The notes: generated by a model from the sequence alone, not told the origin. DNA of 63,814 nucleotides, filler included, from Lenisia limosa (GCA_001655205.1; 10 parts of 10 records of this genome joined end to end with filler, not necessarily neighbours in it); one strand, 5' to 3'; numbered from the whole stretch's first letter, positions 1 to 14,200 are shown. Numbers and translations: made by a program.

Positions 1-35
1 ATATCGTTTCATGGTTATCGTTTGACAATGCACAG

Positions 36-928
36 GTAGCTCTGGAATGCTCGAACTTAATGACCTCGCTATTTCAGCTTACGACGGAACCGGCTCTGAA
101 TGTGCGGGGGAGGTGATAGATAACACGTGCTACAAACATCAGTGTTTATGTCATACATCTTTCCACAATCTCTTCACTATCAATAAAATACTCTTGAAAC
201 TATTGAGAGTGACGGTCATTTAAACTTAGTCAATATGGTGCGCGAATGCAGCAAGACCAAAGTGGACATTCTTCTCACTTCCGACCCTCCCCCATGCGCT
301 GTTGTAGGGCTAGAGTGAGTGCAGCTTAATATAAGCCTTTATTCTATGAAAACGGGAAGGGGAAAACTGCACTTTTGTCCCAATAGACCTCATTTCATTT
401 TTCCTATTTTTGTTGTCGCTCCAATTTGAAGCCTTACTCTATTGGGTTTTGCTTACCACCATGGTAGTTGATCTTGACATTACAGTGCGGTCACAGGTGG
501 GGACGACAAACGTCCTGCAGCAATCCAGGCGCTCATTGACGCGTCTGAGTCTCTCCAAATGGGCCCTATTGACCGAGTTTGGCGGTCGTATTTTTCGGAG
601 GACTGATAAAGCTGTTTATGTTCATCTATTTACCTTTATAGGTTGCCCAGGTCTCAGCCCCGAGCTTCCATTTCACTTCATTTCCTGGTATGGGAGGGAT
701 GTATCACGCTCTACCAGTATATATTGTTTTAACTATAGAGTGACCCCCCCATCCCCCCAACCTCATTACATTCCAGTGGCCTACGACCGTCCTCAGTTCG
801 CGAACAAGGGAAATCTGCCCACTCGTCTCCTTTACCTTGCACCTGTCGGAACTATCGGACAAAAGTGGCTCCATGCCTCGTTCATCACACCCAGGAAGAC
901 TTTCTCTCAAGCCAACATCCAGGTCTGA
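36..928 (+). CDS. 3' part of a multi-exon hypothetical protein (5' end outside window)
   Basis: GT-AG bounded open exons (~36-143, ~436-588, ~641-716, ~739-928); last exon VTPPSPQPHYIPVAYDRPQF...SQANIQV ends at TGA 926-928; no family recognised. Confidence 0.5.
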
Positions 929-1014
929 CTCTTATTTTCATTGTATCAAATTAGGGTTAGTTGTTCAAATGCTTGAAATAGCTTTTTCTGAAAAGTTTCA
1001 CTTGAGCAGAGCGT

Positions 1015-3489
1015 TCACTTGTTTTTTTTTTTGCTCCATTGCAAGTGAGATAACTGTTTTAGGAAGCTTGCAAGGGCCACTCGCTCACAAATCCCTACTC
1101 GCTGTGAGTTTTGGGTTTCTTCTTTAAGTAACCTTAATAGATGTCTTATCCTTTTAAACATATCATATATATGTATATCATATATCATATAATTACTATA
1201 TATCTCTTTGTTGCTTTCCCCCCACAATGACACACCAGGGTAATGGCGAGGGAAGCCAAGGTCAAACCTGCTCTTCCTCCTGCTCAACACGGCTTCGCTT
1301 CTGCTCGATACGGTGGGAGCAACATTGGAAGGCATGTAGAAAAATGGATGCTGACATTTATTAATGGAACATAGATAGCANNNNNNNNNNNNNNNNNNNN
1401 NNNNNNNNNNNNNNNNNNNNNNNNNNNNNNNNNNNNNNNNNNNNNNNNNNNNNNNNNNNNNNNNNNNNNNNNNNNNNNNNNNNNNNNNNNNNNNNNNNNN
1501 NNNNNNNNNNNNNNNNNNNNNNNNNNNNNNNNNNNNNNNNNNNNNNNNNNNNNNNNNNNNNNNNNNNNNNNNNNNNNNNNNNNNNNNNNNNNNNNNNNNN
1601 NNNNTTTACTGTGTTTTTGAGCCTGGGATGATTTTCATCAACGCATACACTGACTAATTTAGGCCGCTAAACCCGGGTATGCCCAACAACAGAAGAAACG
1701 TGGCCGTAAGGGCAACGATGATAGTGAGGGGGTATGAAGATTGTAAAAAAAAAACAAAAAAAAAACAAAAAAAAAACAAGACAAATGGTGAATTGACCAA
1801 TTAGGATGTTGGTTCTGTCTGGAGTCTAAGACTGTTGAACAGCACCTTGTCGTTACTGTTGGAAATGAGGTGTGAGGATTTGCCAGAAATTGGAATGGAA
1901 ATATTGAATAAGGTTCTGATTGAGACAATCACAGTTTTTGAGGGACAAATTTTAGTTGAATCCTTCCCCGTTATAACCCTCAATTTGCTTTGCTCCTGCT
2001 GACATTGAAGGTGTACATTGCCCTTGCGAAGGGAGGCATCACACCCGACCACTGCCTTATCGTTCCCCTCAGCCACCAGGGTATGTCGGGTCAAATGAGG
2101 ATTGTGTCAAACGTGGGCCTTTGTCTTCCCTCACCTCCACAGCTGGGTGCTACCGAGATTATTCGCCCGCAGTCAGAACTGAAGTGGTGAGAATAGTGCT
2201 TATTGTTCATTTGTAATCATCCTTCACTCTCGTCTGTAATAGTATATTGGATACATGGTGACCAGATATTGCTATTTGGAACACGTTTCACCCATGGTAG
2301 GACTCCTACATAGCAGCTTTAGAGAAAATGTACGAAGCCAATGGACAGACCTGTGTAGTTTTCGAGAGGAAAGTCATGGGCAAGAAGCACATCCACAGTA
2401 TTATGCAGGTAAGCTAAGTGAGTTATGGGAAACCACCGCATTTTAATATGCTGGATACACGCTTTTTAACAGCTCACATTCCTCCATTTTCCATTCTTAG
2501 CTCAGGATGACTCTGTAGGTTTCCCCAATCCCTAAGGCGAAGTTAGATAATTCTGTTGAGGTTTGCACCAAATGCTTGCGGGTTAGATATTGCCAGGATG
2601 ATGTCTTTTTTGGATCATTGAACTATTCTGGAAGCGATGTCACTGTTGTTGAGCCAAAATTTCACTATATCTATATATGGACTTTTTATTTTTGTATTAG
2701 CACTGATTTTCCTCACAGTGCTTCCAAGACTTCGGGGACCGCATGGAAATGCCGTTCTTTGACATGAGACCCGAGGCTGATATGCAGACCTCCCTTCCTC
2801 CCAACAACTACTTCCTCGCCTACTTCCCCGGAGACAAGACCAGAATATATCAGAGAATCTCTAACAACAACCATCCTCTTGAACTCGGGCGGTTTGTGGG
2901 ATAGTTTTGGTTTCTCTTTTATGAATTCGAAGTCCATCTTCACAGGAGATCGGCTTATTGTTTAGTGAGGTTGTTGCAGCAGTTATGGGAGAACCGCATA
3001 GAGCGAACTGGCGTGCATGCACCGTGGTGAGTGGGTAACTCTGTGATTTGAAAGGCACTAGTTGAATTTCCATGTCTATGGGCCAATGAAATGTGTATCG
3101 AATCTTTTTACATACCAGGGAGTTGACGCCGCACAAGAGACAAAACATTGTGAGGCACTTCAGAAGAGATTTGCTCTTTACGATCCTAATCTTTAGACTT
3201 GTTCAATTTGGTGATATAAAGGGTGAATATGCTGTTACGAAATGACATAATATTTCATTTAATACATGTGCATGTATCTAACTAGATTATATCAATCTAA
3301 TACAAATTAGACGATATATTTATAGTTCCACTCCAGAATTACATGAAGATGTCCGGCAAGATTACCAAGACACAGCTGGATCGACGAGGGGTGTTCTTTG
3401 GGATCGTACTTTTTATGAAGCCAACAAAAGAAAGTGAGTATCTCAGCTTGGTGCCCTGAAGAGTGGGTTGTGGTTGTTGGTTCGTTCAT
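1015..3489 (-). CDS. multi-exon hypothetical protein; contains an assembly gap
   Basis: Minus-strand exons MNEPTTTTHSSG..., DRKEQISSEVPHNVLSLVRRQLP, AYLHNTVDVLLAHDFPLENYT, GVLPWVKRVPNSNIWSP, SDCGRIISVAPSCG, ...LKQLSHLQWSKKKNK*; several exon phases unresolved. Confidence 0.45.
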
Positions 3490-3511
3490 GGGAAATGCAG
3501 GGCGACCCTAA

Positions 3512-3575
3512 TTGGACCCGAATGCCAGTTGGACCCGAATGCTATTGGACCCGAATGCTAATTGGACCCGAATGC
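3512..3575. repeat. 4 tandem copies of TTGGACCCGAATGC (period 16-17 nt)
   Basis: Copies at 3512, 3529, 3545, 3562, in the intergenic space between the DPH6 stop and the putative ATG at 3489. Confidence 0.9.
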
Positions 3576-3682
3576 GATGGAGCACGTGAAGGTCACACTA
3601 ACAGAAAACATGTTCCACACAAACAACTACCACAAAACAAAAATACCATAACTTCACCATACAAAAACTGAACAGATCAAAC

Positions 3683-6600
3683 TCAGATCAGGTCAAATAC
3701 TAGAGTCACTATCGCAGTAGCCTGGCGTGGGGCTGAGGTCTCTGATCGGTCAGTTTCATAATAGAAGCCATGGTTCAAGGAAATGTCCTCGAGTGCCAAC
3801 CTGAGAGTTGCGACCCAAGACAGCATGCCGAGCAGATGAGGAAAGGCACTACGACGTGAGTCAACTTTTGAACTTAAAGCCACATCCCACCTTTGTTGTA
3901 ACCACCTTGTAATGTGGACCAAACCTGAGAGCAAACTAGGTAATCTGTAGCGTCAGCAATATGCCAAAGGTACCTCAGTTTTTCAGTCAGAGGCCAAGGT
4001 ATCACCAATATGTACACCAATGTACTCGACCATGAATATGCCGAGTGTGCCCACAATGCTCACCTCCGTCTGCCAGCTCATCAACCAGCTCCTTCACTGC
4101 ATCTGAGAGATCTGCTGACCCCTTGAGATCTATGGGGTGAGCGGAAGCGATGCAAATCTAAGACAGGAGAACAATTAACATACAAAGAGCCACTTGGATT
4201 GCTTTACTATTTTCAATTGTTGCTGATTCTACTTCTGCTTCAAATGAGTCTAAGTGGTTAAACTGAATACCAAGTTATGAAATATATATTCGTTGTTTGT
4301 ATGATAATCGTTTTTATCAAATATTAATCAATCCTTTTTTAACATGTTGATAAATGCCCACCTTTTATTAATTGAGACCTCGAGAGTGACACGTCTCCTG
4401 TAAGTTTCTGTAAAGAGTCAGCACCATTAATCTTGAGTGAAATGTTGTCTTTATTGTATGCCGATATTATTCTCAAATGATGACAAATATGTACCCACAG
4501 TAGCAATTGTGACTGCCTCGATAGCAGAGTGTTTCGGCAGATCTTCAACAATAACTGTGGCCAAACTGTACGTTCGCGGTCCCACAAGAGGGGTGTCAGC
4601 TTAATAGTGAACCTCTATTCAGGTGCAATAATTTTTGCCTCATAAGAACCTACCGGAATTAGTTTCTTCGGATTCATCATCACTTGAGGGTTCGCCAAAA
4701 TTACGAAATCCTTCCAAAGTCAGAAAAGTGTGAATATACTGTATGTATGTAAACATTACCGAATTCCCCATAATAACTTTTGAGAGCTATTACCATGAAT
4801 AGGCACCAGGTCACCTTACCGCTTTGTTTAAACTTGGGCACTTTCAAGCCCCACCCTTCAGTTTGAGTTCCGCTGTATAACGACGAGAAAGTCTAAGAGC
4901 GTAAAGGGCAATAAAAGAGGATACTCCTAGCCTGTTTCATCGATATGTTCTTGATCCTACTACGTGACCCAATCCGGCGTACCTTAATGAAAGTTGACGT
5001 CATGCTACCTGAGCAGTTGGCCCAGGGAGACTGCGCAGAACAAAGTAACGTTCCTGTCAAGAGATATTCGGGGCCTGTTGAGTAATCAAAGCCAAGGAAA
5101 TATAAAAAGTTTGCAACCCTTAGTTTCTGTTCGTAACACGGCTGCAACATTCTGGGCTGTTTGTTGGGCCTCCATCGCGGCTACCAAGGCACAGTCTAGG
5201 GTCATATCAAACAATATAGTTGGAGGATATTTTGTCATAAGGGAAAAAAGTTACAGTGTCGCCTACCTTCTGTAATCGTTCTAGATGGAAGGGTCATTGT
5301 TTCAGGTGTTAGCCCAATTTGCCCTGCCAGGAACACAAAATTACCAGCCTAGTTGAGAAGTGATTAGTAGTAAACGTGGTACGTGGCAAAAGCTAAGAAG
5401 AAAGGTACCGACACTCAAAAAATCTAGTATTAGTAGAAACGGCTTACCGTTAAAGCTTGACTGTATGGCCCTATCATTGCTGGTGCCCATTTGCTGATAC
5501 TCTCTACGTGGAGAACCGCCTATTTCGTAAACAGAAAATGGATTAAGGGCGGTCATCCAATATAATATATCGATATGTATATAAGAGCGAATTGATTGTT
5601 TTTATGAATACAAAATTAGCATCCTGTACTACCCTGACAAACTTTGGGGTGAATGCTATGATGGAAATTTGCTTCGACAAGGCAGTTTTGGGATAACTGC
5701 GTTTGAACCAAGGCCCTAAACAATTCAATGGCAAGAAGCACAGGATTTTAAGACATCACAAGAAATGAAGAGGTAATAAACATCAATGTCGATCCCTTTG
5801 TACATACCTTGGAGGGGCAGTCTCTGGATTACTAAAGAACTTCTGATACTCCTTTGATGTGAAAAATAATAACAGAAGAGAAGAAGAGGTACAACGTATT
5901 TAGCTCATAATTACCTGATTCACAATGGGAAAGTCGGCCATTGAAGACACTGCCATTTGAAGGAAGTCCAAGTCTGCCCACGAACGGCCATGCTCCTCCA
6001 ATCGACCTTGACAAATGTCAAATTCGGAAATATCATTTATTACGTTGGAAGAAAACGCCATATTTCCACAATAATCCCACAAACTTCTGATAGCATCCAG
6101 GGCTGTTTTTGTTTGAGCTATTACGGCATCTGTATTGGACGGTTCTGCCCTGTTGAGAGGCTGAACAATGAAAACAAAATCAAAGAAATTGTAGAGATTG
6201 TCATACGTGGAAAGAAAGAGGGATAGTTGGCTGCACCACTGGTTTTGATTGAGTCTGCTCTAAGACTATTTCATCTTGTTCATCCTGCAGATATAAACCA
6301 GAAAAAGTAATTTTGGTCTTAATAACACATAGCTACTACATATCGATATGATATACTAGACATAGAGTATGTCATATTATAATATTACATGTATACCTAT
6401 ATCATATATATACATATATGTATGATATATGTATACTACTTTAAACACAGAATTTTTTTTTTTGTACCTTCTCAAGTAGATCACAGTTTTTGATGTGCAA
6501 GTGGGCTACTGGTGCATATTCGTCGTCATTGACTATCACTTCTGTCACGTCCGTCCTGCTGGGTGACATGGAATATACCGCTGAATGCAAGCAAATGGCA

Positions 6601-7861
6601 AGTATTTATCATAACAGTTTACTATGAATAAAGTAATAATGAGACAATCCAACCCGCCAACAAGGATAGAGACTTCTTATAAAGAGGAGAGTCCAAAGTG
6701 AGAGTCTCAAATTCGCCACCTTCACCACAAACACTCACACCATAGTCATGGTCAAGCTGATGCAGTTTTGGTGATAGCGTTTGAAGAGATTGACCGAGGA
6801 ACCTATATCAATAACACAAGTAATCAAACATGGTACATGGTAACCCTTAATGTACCCTCAAACACATTCGGTTTCATCCCCATTGCTGCAGTTTTGATGA
6901 CAATTGCGTTCATTCCGCTTTCACAGATGCTGTGTAGTAGAGAAGCCTAAGTGGTAACCTTGATGGATATTCCCCTTCTTTTTATTATCCAATAACACAC
7001 ACATAATGGCTACCTGGTTTCTTTGCCAGAGGTAGGCCAATGAAACGAGACCTAGTCTCCGACAGACATGCTCAACCCTGATGCGCTGATACGACGACAG
7101 AACAGCTGAAATATCAGTAGAAGCTAAAACTAATTCTGGTATTGCCATGCTTACCTCCAGCTGAAACGGCTTCAACACCATACTTCTCCTGTGTTTGTTA
7201 ACATATGGATGACTTAATTTATGTTTACATTGTTGATAATAGAAATACAGCAAACTTTACATTCTTTCAGAAGATGATACATATCTTCGATTTCGTCGTT
7301 GTCAGTCTCAGAATACCTGTACCAATCAGCCAACTGTTAAAGCAGAATCTAAGATTAACACCAGTTACCCAGCTCACATAATTTCACGACATTGGCTTGA
7401 CCCCTTCATTGACCGCTGGACAAGAGGAAGGTCCATGGCTTCAGCAATCTTGTCTATGACTGTCCAACCAACGGTTTGGAACATATATGAGTCAACTTCA
7501 TCTATATAGTATCAGAAATCTGTGTCCAAAGTGGGGTGGGTGCATTACCAATGTTGTCAAGAGGTCTCAAGTTCGCAAGACATTCAATGGAGTGCCCTTG
7601 TTTCTGAAGAAGGTTAAGGGTTTGACGGTTATTAATATTGTCTATGATAGAAGCAATAAGATATATCAGAGAAGACACAGGAGAGCACTTGCAACATTCA
7701 AATAGCGAAGCAGCAAATAGTGCAAGGGGCATAAGTAGTTGCTGGTGGGGGTAACAATTTGATTTGCATTACAAAATAATATTCACCCTCAGGTCTACCT
7801 TGCACTCCATTAAACTGAAGATAGAGTCCTTCCCGCCACTTATAAGGCCAACAACTTTCAT
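3683..7861 (-). CDS. DPH6: diphthine-ammonia ligase (diphthamide synthase) with C-terminal RidA/YjgF-like domains
   Basis: Exons translate to MKVVGLISGGKDSIFSLMEC, GHSIECLANLRP, AVLSSYQRIRVEHVCRRLGLVSLAYLWQRNQ, YGVSVCGEGGEFETLTLDSPLYKK, NDDEYAPVAHL (DPH6 core), then QTKTALDAI, LHVESISKWAPAMIGPYSQA, VFLAGQIGL, VIVEDLPKHSAIE (RidA-like); ends ...VTLVFDLI* at 3683. Confidence 0.92.
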
Positions 7862-8087
7862 TTTCATCCTTTACCTAGCAGCCTGTTTCCTAAAATTTCA
7901 ACAATTCACGACAGTTCACGATCAGTGCGATCAGTGTCACGATTCCAACCAGGGCAAGTTTAGATCGCCAGGGATCCCACTGGATTGAGCCCTTCTTTCA
8001 AATTTGAATTGTTTGAATTTCCTCCAAAGAAGAAACGCTGAAGAAACGCTGAAACGCGGGAAAAGAACTGTTATTTGACGGCTTACA
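7862..8087. promoter_or_regulatory. putative bidirectional promoter between DPH6 and IST1
   Basis: 226 nt between divergent ATGs; contains direct repeat AAGAAACGCTG x2 (~8030-8051); function inferred from position only. Confidence 0.5.
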
Positions 8088-10485
8088 ATGGGGAAGTTCA
8101 ACACCCAAAAATTCAAGGTACAACGCTCTTCCCATTATCCCCTTACGTTAATTAGGTAAACTTGAAACTTTCTATCAACAGGCTGAAGCTTGTGATGAAC
8201 AAGAAGGGTTTGCTTCCTCTCTATTCTTCCGACTTACCAAAACAGCGGCACTCATTGACCAAGGCAAGAGAGATGTTGCCGATCTGTTACAGAAGAACAG
8301 GACTGAAGGTGCTATGATCAGAGTATGAAGATTTGGAAAATATAACGATAGTACTTTTCATTTGATATTTTTTTCCCAATTTATGGAAACTCATACATCA
8401 CTAAATAACATACTTTTCAGATTGAAAACCTGTATCGCGAGCAGCAACATGCAGATGCACTCGACGTATTAGAGCTTTTCTGTGAACTTCTCCTTACCCG
8501 CCTAGTACTCATTGAAACGAGCAAGTATGCGGGATGGTTTGTGAGTAAATATTTTTTGGATATCGATATGATATAATATCAATGATCATTGTCGATTATT
8601 ATACATCATATGATACTATGATATGATATAAAATTGTATATAATATACGTCCTTATGAAAGATAATTCTCTTGAAAGGTATACTCAAAATTGAACACTAC
8701 CTAGCAGCATTCGTCATCATCTTTTTTTGGTCCGGAGGATTTCCTTTTGCCACTAACTGGCATAGAACCGTTCCGCCTGAACTGAGAGAATGCATCCACA
8801 CCCTGATATTTGGGGCTGATCGTTCTGAGGTGGGAAAGCGATCGATTGTTAATTTTTAGCCCATCTTTTTCAATCGCCATATTTATATTCTGCAGTGCAA
8901 AGAACTAATGGTTGTCCGCGAGATGTTGGCCCAAAAGTTTGGCAAGACTGAAGCCCACAACGCAGTTACCAATGCCAAATACACCGTCAACGAGAAGGTG
9001 GGTATCCTAGCGCGGAGGGGTTTTCTTTCAATGCAATGCTATTTCAGTGGAAGTTACACTATTCCTTCCCACCCTCTTAGGTTGAGGCCAAGTTGAAAAT
9101 GACCACAGTCGACCATCACGTTGTGGTTGCGTATGGTGAAACCATCGCGGCCCTTTACCGCGTANNNNNNNNNNNNNNNNNNNNNNNNNNNNNNNNNNNN
9201 NNNNNNNNNNNNNNNNNNNNNNNNNNNNNNNNNNNNNNNNNNNNNNNNNNNNNNNNNNGAGGCAGTGTCCATTTTAACATTCGAAAAATATATTTATTCT
9301 ATTTCACATTTACTCATTCAGATTGTTGGAGGTCCAGACATTCCGAACTATGTCAACCCCCCCGCCCCCTTCAACCCCCCTCCCTTCGTGGTATTTGAGT
9401 GTACCCTTTAATGTTGTTTCATTCATCTGTCAACTCTCATGCCTTTAGCCCCCTCCAGGTCACAATGGACAGCAACCTCCCGGTGTAAGCTTGATCATGT
9501 AGCCACACATGATATACTACATTGGGTTTCTTGCTTTAAGGCAGACTTAAAAATCTAAAGCTGGCCGATAAAGTACAGATAGAACTGAGATCGAGCGTGA
9601 ACTGAATGCTTTTATTTTGTGTTACTAAAGACTTGAGAGAAAGAAAACTGTGATGGACATATTTCTGACCAAAACGTCTTTAAATTGGTATCAGAAAACG
9701 TAACTGTAACTTTAGGTTCGGAACTTTTTTTTTTTTGGTANNNNNNNNNNNNNNNNNNNNNNNNNNNNNNNNNNNNNNNNNNNNNNNNNNNNNNNNNNNN
9801 NNNNNNNNNNNNNNNNNNNNNNNNNNNNNNNNNNNNNNNNNNNNNNNNNNNNNNNNNNCCAACCCTGGCCTCCCAGTAAGTCAGGCTGCTCTGGTGTTAC
9901 AACAGATAATGGCATTACTATTCATCATGGATTTATTAAGATATTTGTACCCATACCTGCTGTTTGCTCCGGACTTGGTAACTTGATAGCCATCAAACCC
10001 CCCACCCGCAAGTAACCACCACCCTGATTACGATGCGCCTCCGCGCCCCACTCCCAGCGGTCTTGATAACCCATACGGCCAGCCCACTGTAAGCGAGGTA
10101 CCATGCTCCTTTTCTGGGATCAACTTCTTTTGAGGGAATTAAATGATACTGTTCAATCATTCTCTTTTTCATACCATAGCCCTCAGGTGATGATGATCCC
10201 TACAAGACTGCCCCTGCACCATTGGATAACGACTTCCCTGTAGGAGGGGTTCCCAAGTGTAGAAAGAGAAGCCTGGTATTACTCATCATAATCCTTCCCA
10301 GCCCTCGTACGAGCAATCTCGTAACGACCCTTCTGTCAATAACCAAGACGACGACAAGCCACCTTCACCAGTATGTTCGGCCAGTATAGAAGCAAAGTAG
10401 TCTTATTTTTGATGTACTTCCCCCCTGACGCATTTAGCCCATTGATGACCTTCAATCTCGTTTCGCTGCCCTCAAGCACATGTAG
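8088..10485 (+). CDS. IST1: IST1 homologue (ESCRT-III associated regulator of Vps4)
   Basis: MGKFNTQKFK|VNLKLSINRLKL, LELFCELLLTRLVLIE, VPPELRECIHTLIFGADRSE, KELMVVREMLAQKFGK, Pro-rich linker, C-terminal MIM-like DDLQSRFAALKHM* (TAG 10483-10485); two internal gaps. Confidence 0.9.
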
Positions 10486-10697
10486 AACCCCTGTGTTTGG
10501 TGTGAGTTTTATTTATTCCGGCAGCTTTTGGAAAGAGATTTCCCCCCAGTATTACTATTTTTATCTTCTGGGCACGAGTACAAAAGCATAGAGACAAAAA
10601 AAAAAGCACGGTCATAAGTGAAACACCAGCCACAGTACTGAAAAAAAATATCGGTATCACACCATAGTATACATTGCTTTAATCCAAAATAATGACA

Positions 10698-10870
10698 CTA
10701 TCGCTTCTTTACCACTCCAACGTCAGCGGCTCTGGAAGAATTAGCATGGCGTATTGTTGGAATTGTTTTGTCTACAGAAAGCTCACCTGAGGCACCGGTC
10801 ATGGAACATCCACCCCTTTTTCATGACATGGCCAATGGTACCGGGCTCCTTGGATGGGTCGTCAATCTCA
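10698..10870 (-). CDS. GrpE: C-terminal end of a GrpE/Mge1 nucleotide exchange factor (truncated by contig end)
   Basis: EIDDPSKEPGTIGHVMKKGWMFHDRCLR|AADVGVVKKR* matches the GrpE C-terminal signature (V..KGY..HDR.LR.A.V.V); one GT-AG intron. Confidence 0.8.
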
Positions 10871-10970
10871 NNNNNNNNNNNNNNNNNNNNNNNNNNNNNN
10901 NNNNNNNNNNNNNNTTAATTAATTAANNNNNNNNNNNNNNNNNNNNNNNNNNNNNNNNNNNNNNNNNNNN
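10871..10970. other. artificial contig spacer
   Basis: 44 N + TTAATTAATTAA (10915-10926, stops in all six frames) + 44 N. Confidence 0.97.
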
Positions 10971-11229
10971 GGGGCAATGGCAATTCACTATCATAGCAAG
11001 TATACTGGGGAGTGGCGCAGTTATTCCCCAGATCACGACTAATTTATTGATGTAGGGAGGGGATGCTAATTGAAATACTGTTTTGGAGACCATTATATGT
11101 ATGTATCTTTTCCACACTAATAAAAACAAAACGATAGAAGCCTAAGGGCATTACTCATCAAAAACACAAAAACAAAAAGATAAGGCTCAAGGGCATTACA
11201 CATATTCAAAAAAAAAACACAAGGATATG

Positions 11230-14200
11230 AACGGCGACTTTACCCACCATCAGATAAGAGCCACTCCTGTGCAGATTCCTCGAAAAAGATCGGGGGGTCC
11301 TGGGAGTGTGTTAAAACACTATTTTCAAAGTAATCAATGCAATAATTAGTGCTTCCCTGCGTCCGAAAAAGACCCTCAAAATCGATATTTATATCAAGGA
11401 TTTATCGGGAGATTCAGTCTTTTTCGGACAGTAAGGAAGCCCTATTTCTAATATAAATGAAATAAAAAATGTTAATTGAGGTTTGGTTTTTTATTATAAT
11501 TAGTTTTGAATGGTATAAGCTATTTCAATAATAATTATTTTTTATTCGTAATCGTTAATTTTCACCCCATCCCCCCCACCTCAAGGGTAGACAGCCATTG
11601 TCCAAAGGCGATCACACGAGATGCACGGGCCTGTAGAGTCAAGGTAAACGAGAGAAAATAAGGGTAGTATTATGTAATATCTCAAAGAAACTGGTCACAC
11701 AATCGCGCTTATTACAAATGTAAGTAATGCTTGTGGAGTGTACTCGAAATGTTTGTATGTGTAGAGGTCTTGATTCAGAGTGAAGCTATGCCCCCACTGT
11801 ACTACTGCCTCACCAATAAGGCTTCACTTCGGTTCAAAAAAAGACTGCATTTCTCGATAAACCCTCTAAAAATATCGACATTTTACCAGTCTTTTTCGAA
11901 CCGAAGTGAAGCCCTACTTGTACCACAAGATTTTATATTCCAAATGCATTGTCTGCCTCACCACAGACCTGGTTATCAACGGACCATTTGCAGGGTGTTT
12001 CCACGTCTGAGAGCTGAAGGAGTGTGAAAGGTAGGACTTATAACGGGAAATGGGTGAAAATATATAGTATGATATACATCCAAAACTATTACATAATATA
12101 TTATCTCAGATATGCGGAAGTGAGAATGAAAAACGTTAGTACCCCTCCCCCCCAAACCACAGAAGGTTCCAAGGGCTGCAGGTGGAGCTCCTTTGCTCTT
12201 TGGATCCCCTCTAGAGACTGGAGCGTTCCGTCCTCGGGAAGAGGCCTGGGGGGGGGGGGGNNNNNNNNNNNNNNNNNNNNNNNNNNNNNNNNNNNNNNNN
12301 NNNNNNNNNNNNNNNNNNNNNNNNNNNNNNNNNNNNNNTATTAATCACGAACCGAATAATTTGAAACTCCAAACAAACAAAATAAAAAAACAAGCAATAA
12401 CACCAGCAACCAACGCTAAAACTAGACAAAAGCCAGATGACAAAAACACAAAACAAAAACAAGACCGAGCAAGCCTTTGCGGGGGGGGGGGTAAATTGGA
12501 TTAATTATGTCCTGAAACAGAAACGAAAAACAGATACTATCGACAAAACAATATCCCAGCACCAAATTAAGCCTACATGGAGTGTCCGGTGATTTGACCA
12601 GCGGCCTCGAAGGCGTTGAGAGTTCGGACCAGACAAGACATGAAGAAGAAGCTTGAGCGGGCCTGAAAGGCGTTATAAGCTTCAAAAGAAATAAACCTTC
12701 TTTTTTGGCTCCCACCCTCCTCCTCTAAAGAAAGTTGACAATTAACAATCTCTCTTCTTGTTCTTGTATTATCGTAAAGCTTTGTATCCTATCTTTTCTT
12801 TCTATCCCTGAAAATTGGGATTCCCTAAATTTTCATGGGATTCCCAAGTCGATGCGCCGTACACCCGCATAACCATTATCCCACCCCTCACCTCGTCGTT
12901 ATCCCTAGGTGCGGGCCACGTGCCTTGAGCCTTAAACCAGGCCATGATAAAGCCCAGGCCGGCAAGACATGCTGAAGGTCCCGTGACTGAGAGGGAGTCG
13001 TCGGAGGTCTGTAGCGCCTGCGCGGGGGGGGGGGGGGNNNNNNNNNNNNNNNNNNNNNNNNNNNNNNNNNNNNNNNNNNNNNNNNNNNNNNNNNNNNNNN
13101 NNNNNNNNNNNNNNNNNNNNNNNNNNNNNNNNNNNNNNNNNNNNNNNNNNNNNNNNNNNNNNNNNNNNNNNNNNNNNNNNNNNNNNNNNNNNNNNNNNNN
13201 NNNNNNNNNNNNNNNNNNNNNNNNNNNNNNNNNNNNNNNNNNNNNNNNNNNNNNNNNNNNNNNNNNNNNNNNNNNNNNNNNNNNAATCTAAAACTCCGAA
13301 CATAAAAAAAAAAATAAAAAGAAGAAGCGAAAAAAGAAGAAGAAGCGGAAGCAGAAGTAACTCATGTTTAAACTAGACAAACCCAGATAACACAAATGTG
13401 ACTTAAAAAATGGCTTTGATAAAGGTTGAATGCTGCCCATAAATGACCTGACTTGCCCTCCAACCATGTCCCATTTCTGAGCCTCTTCCTCCTCCTGCTT
13501 CTTTACAGCCTCAACAAGGGCAGTATCTTTGACTGCTTCGGTTTTCTCTTCTGGAAGGGGATGGGGGTAAAATTGGAAAATTAACAAAAAAAAAAGAAGC
13601 CCAAAATCAACTCGCGAAAAGTTGACAAAACAAAAAGCTTTGGATGACCCCATTCCCTATCCTTTTATATTGTAATTTGTCAGAATAATATAATCTCGTA
13701 TTATACAATCCGCGTCCCCTGATATATAATTACTAGTGCNNNNNNNNNNNNNNNNNNNNNNNNNNNNNNNNNNNNNNNNNNNNNNNNNNNNNNNNNNNNN
13801 NNNNNNNNNNNNNNNNNNNNNNNNNNNNNNNNNNNNGACATGTCTCCCTCACTCTCCAGGTCAGAATTACCGGTTCGTCTGCGGCGACGCTGGATCCTTT
13901 CTTCGTCGTCCTGCTCCTAATGCGTCACGGCAAAGATAATTTGGAAATGAAGTTATTCTATGTGTGCTTAATAGATATGTATGATGCTGAAGGACAGGTT
14001 GTATGCATGATGCTGGAGACATGGCTTCACTTAAGTTAAAAAAAAAAGAGACTGAATTTTTCGATAAATACTCGAAAATTATAGATATTTACCGGTATTT
14101 TTCGAACCGAAATGAAGCCCTAGTTAGAAACCATTTACTCCCGTCTCTGATATTTTAGAAGTGTGTTCCGAACCAGTGTCCTATCATTATGCCCGTTATT

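Noticed and set aside
3683-6300. DPH6-RidA fusion as a novelty
   Set aside because: C-terminal YjgF/RidA-like domains are already known in fungal and plant Dph6.
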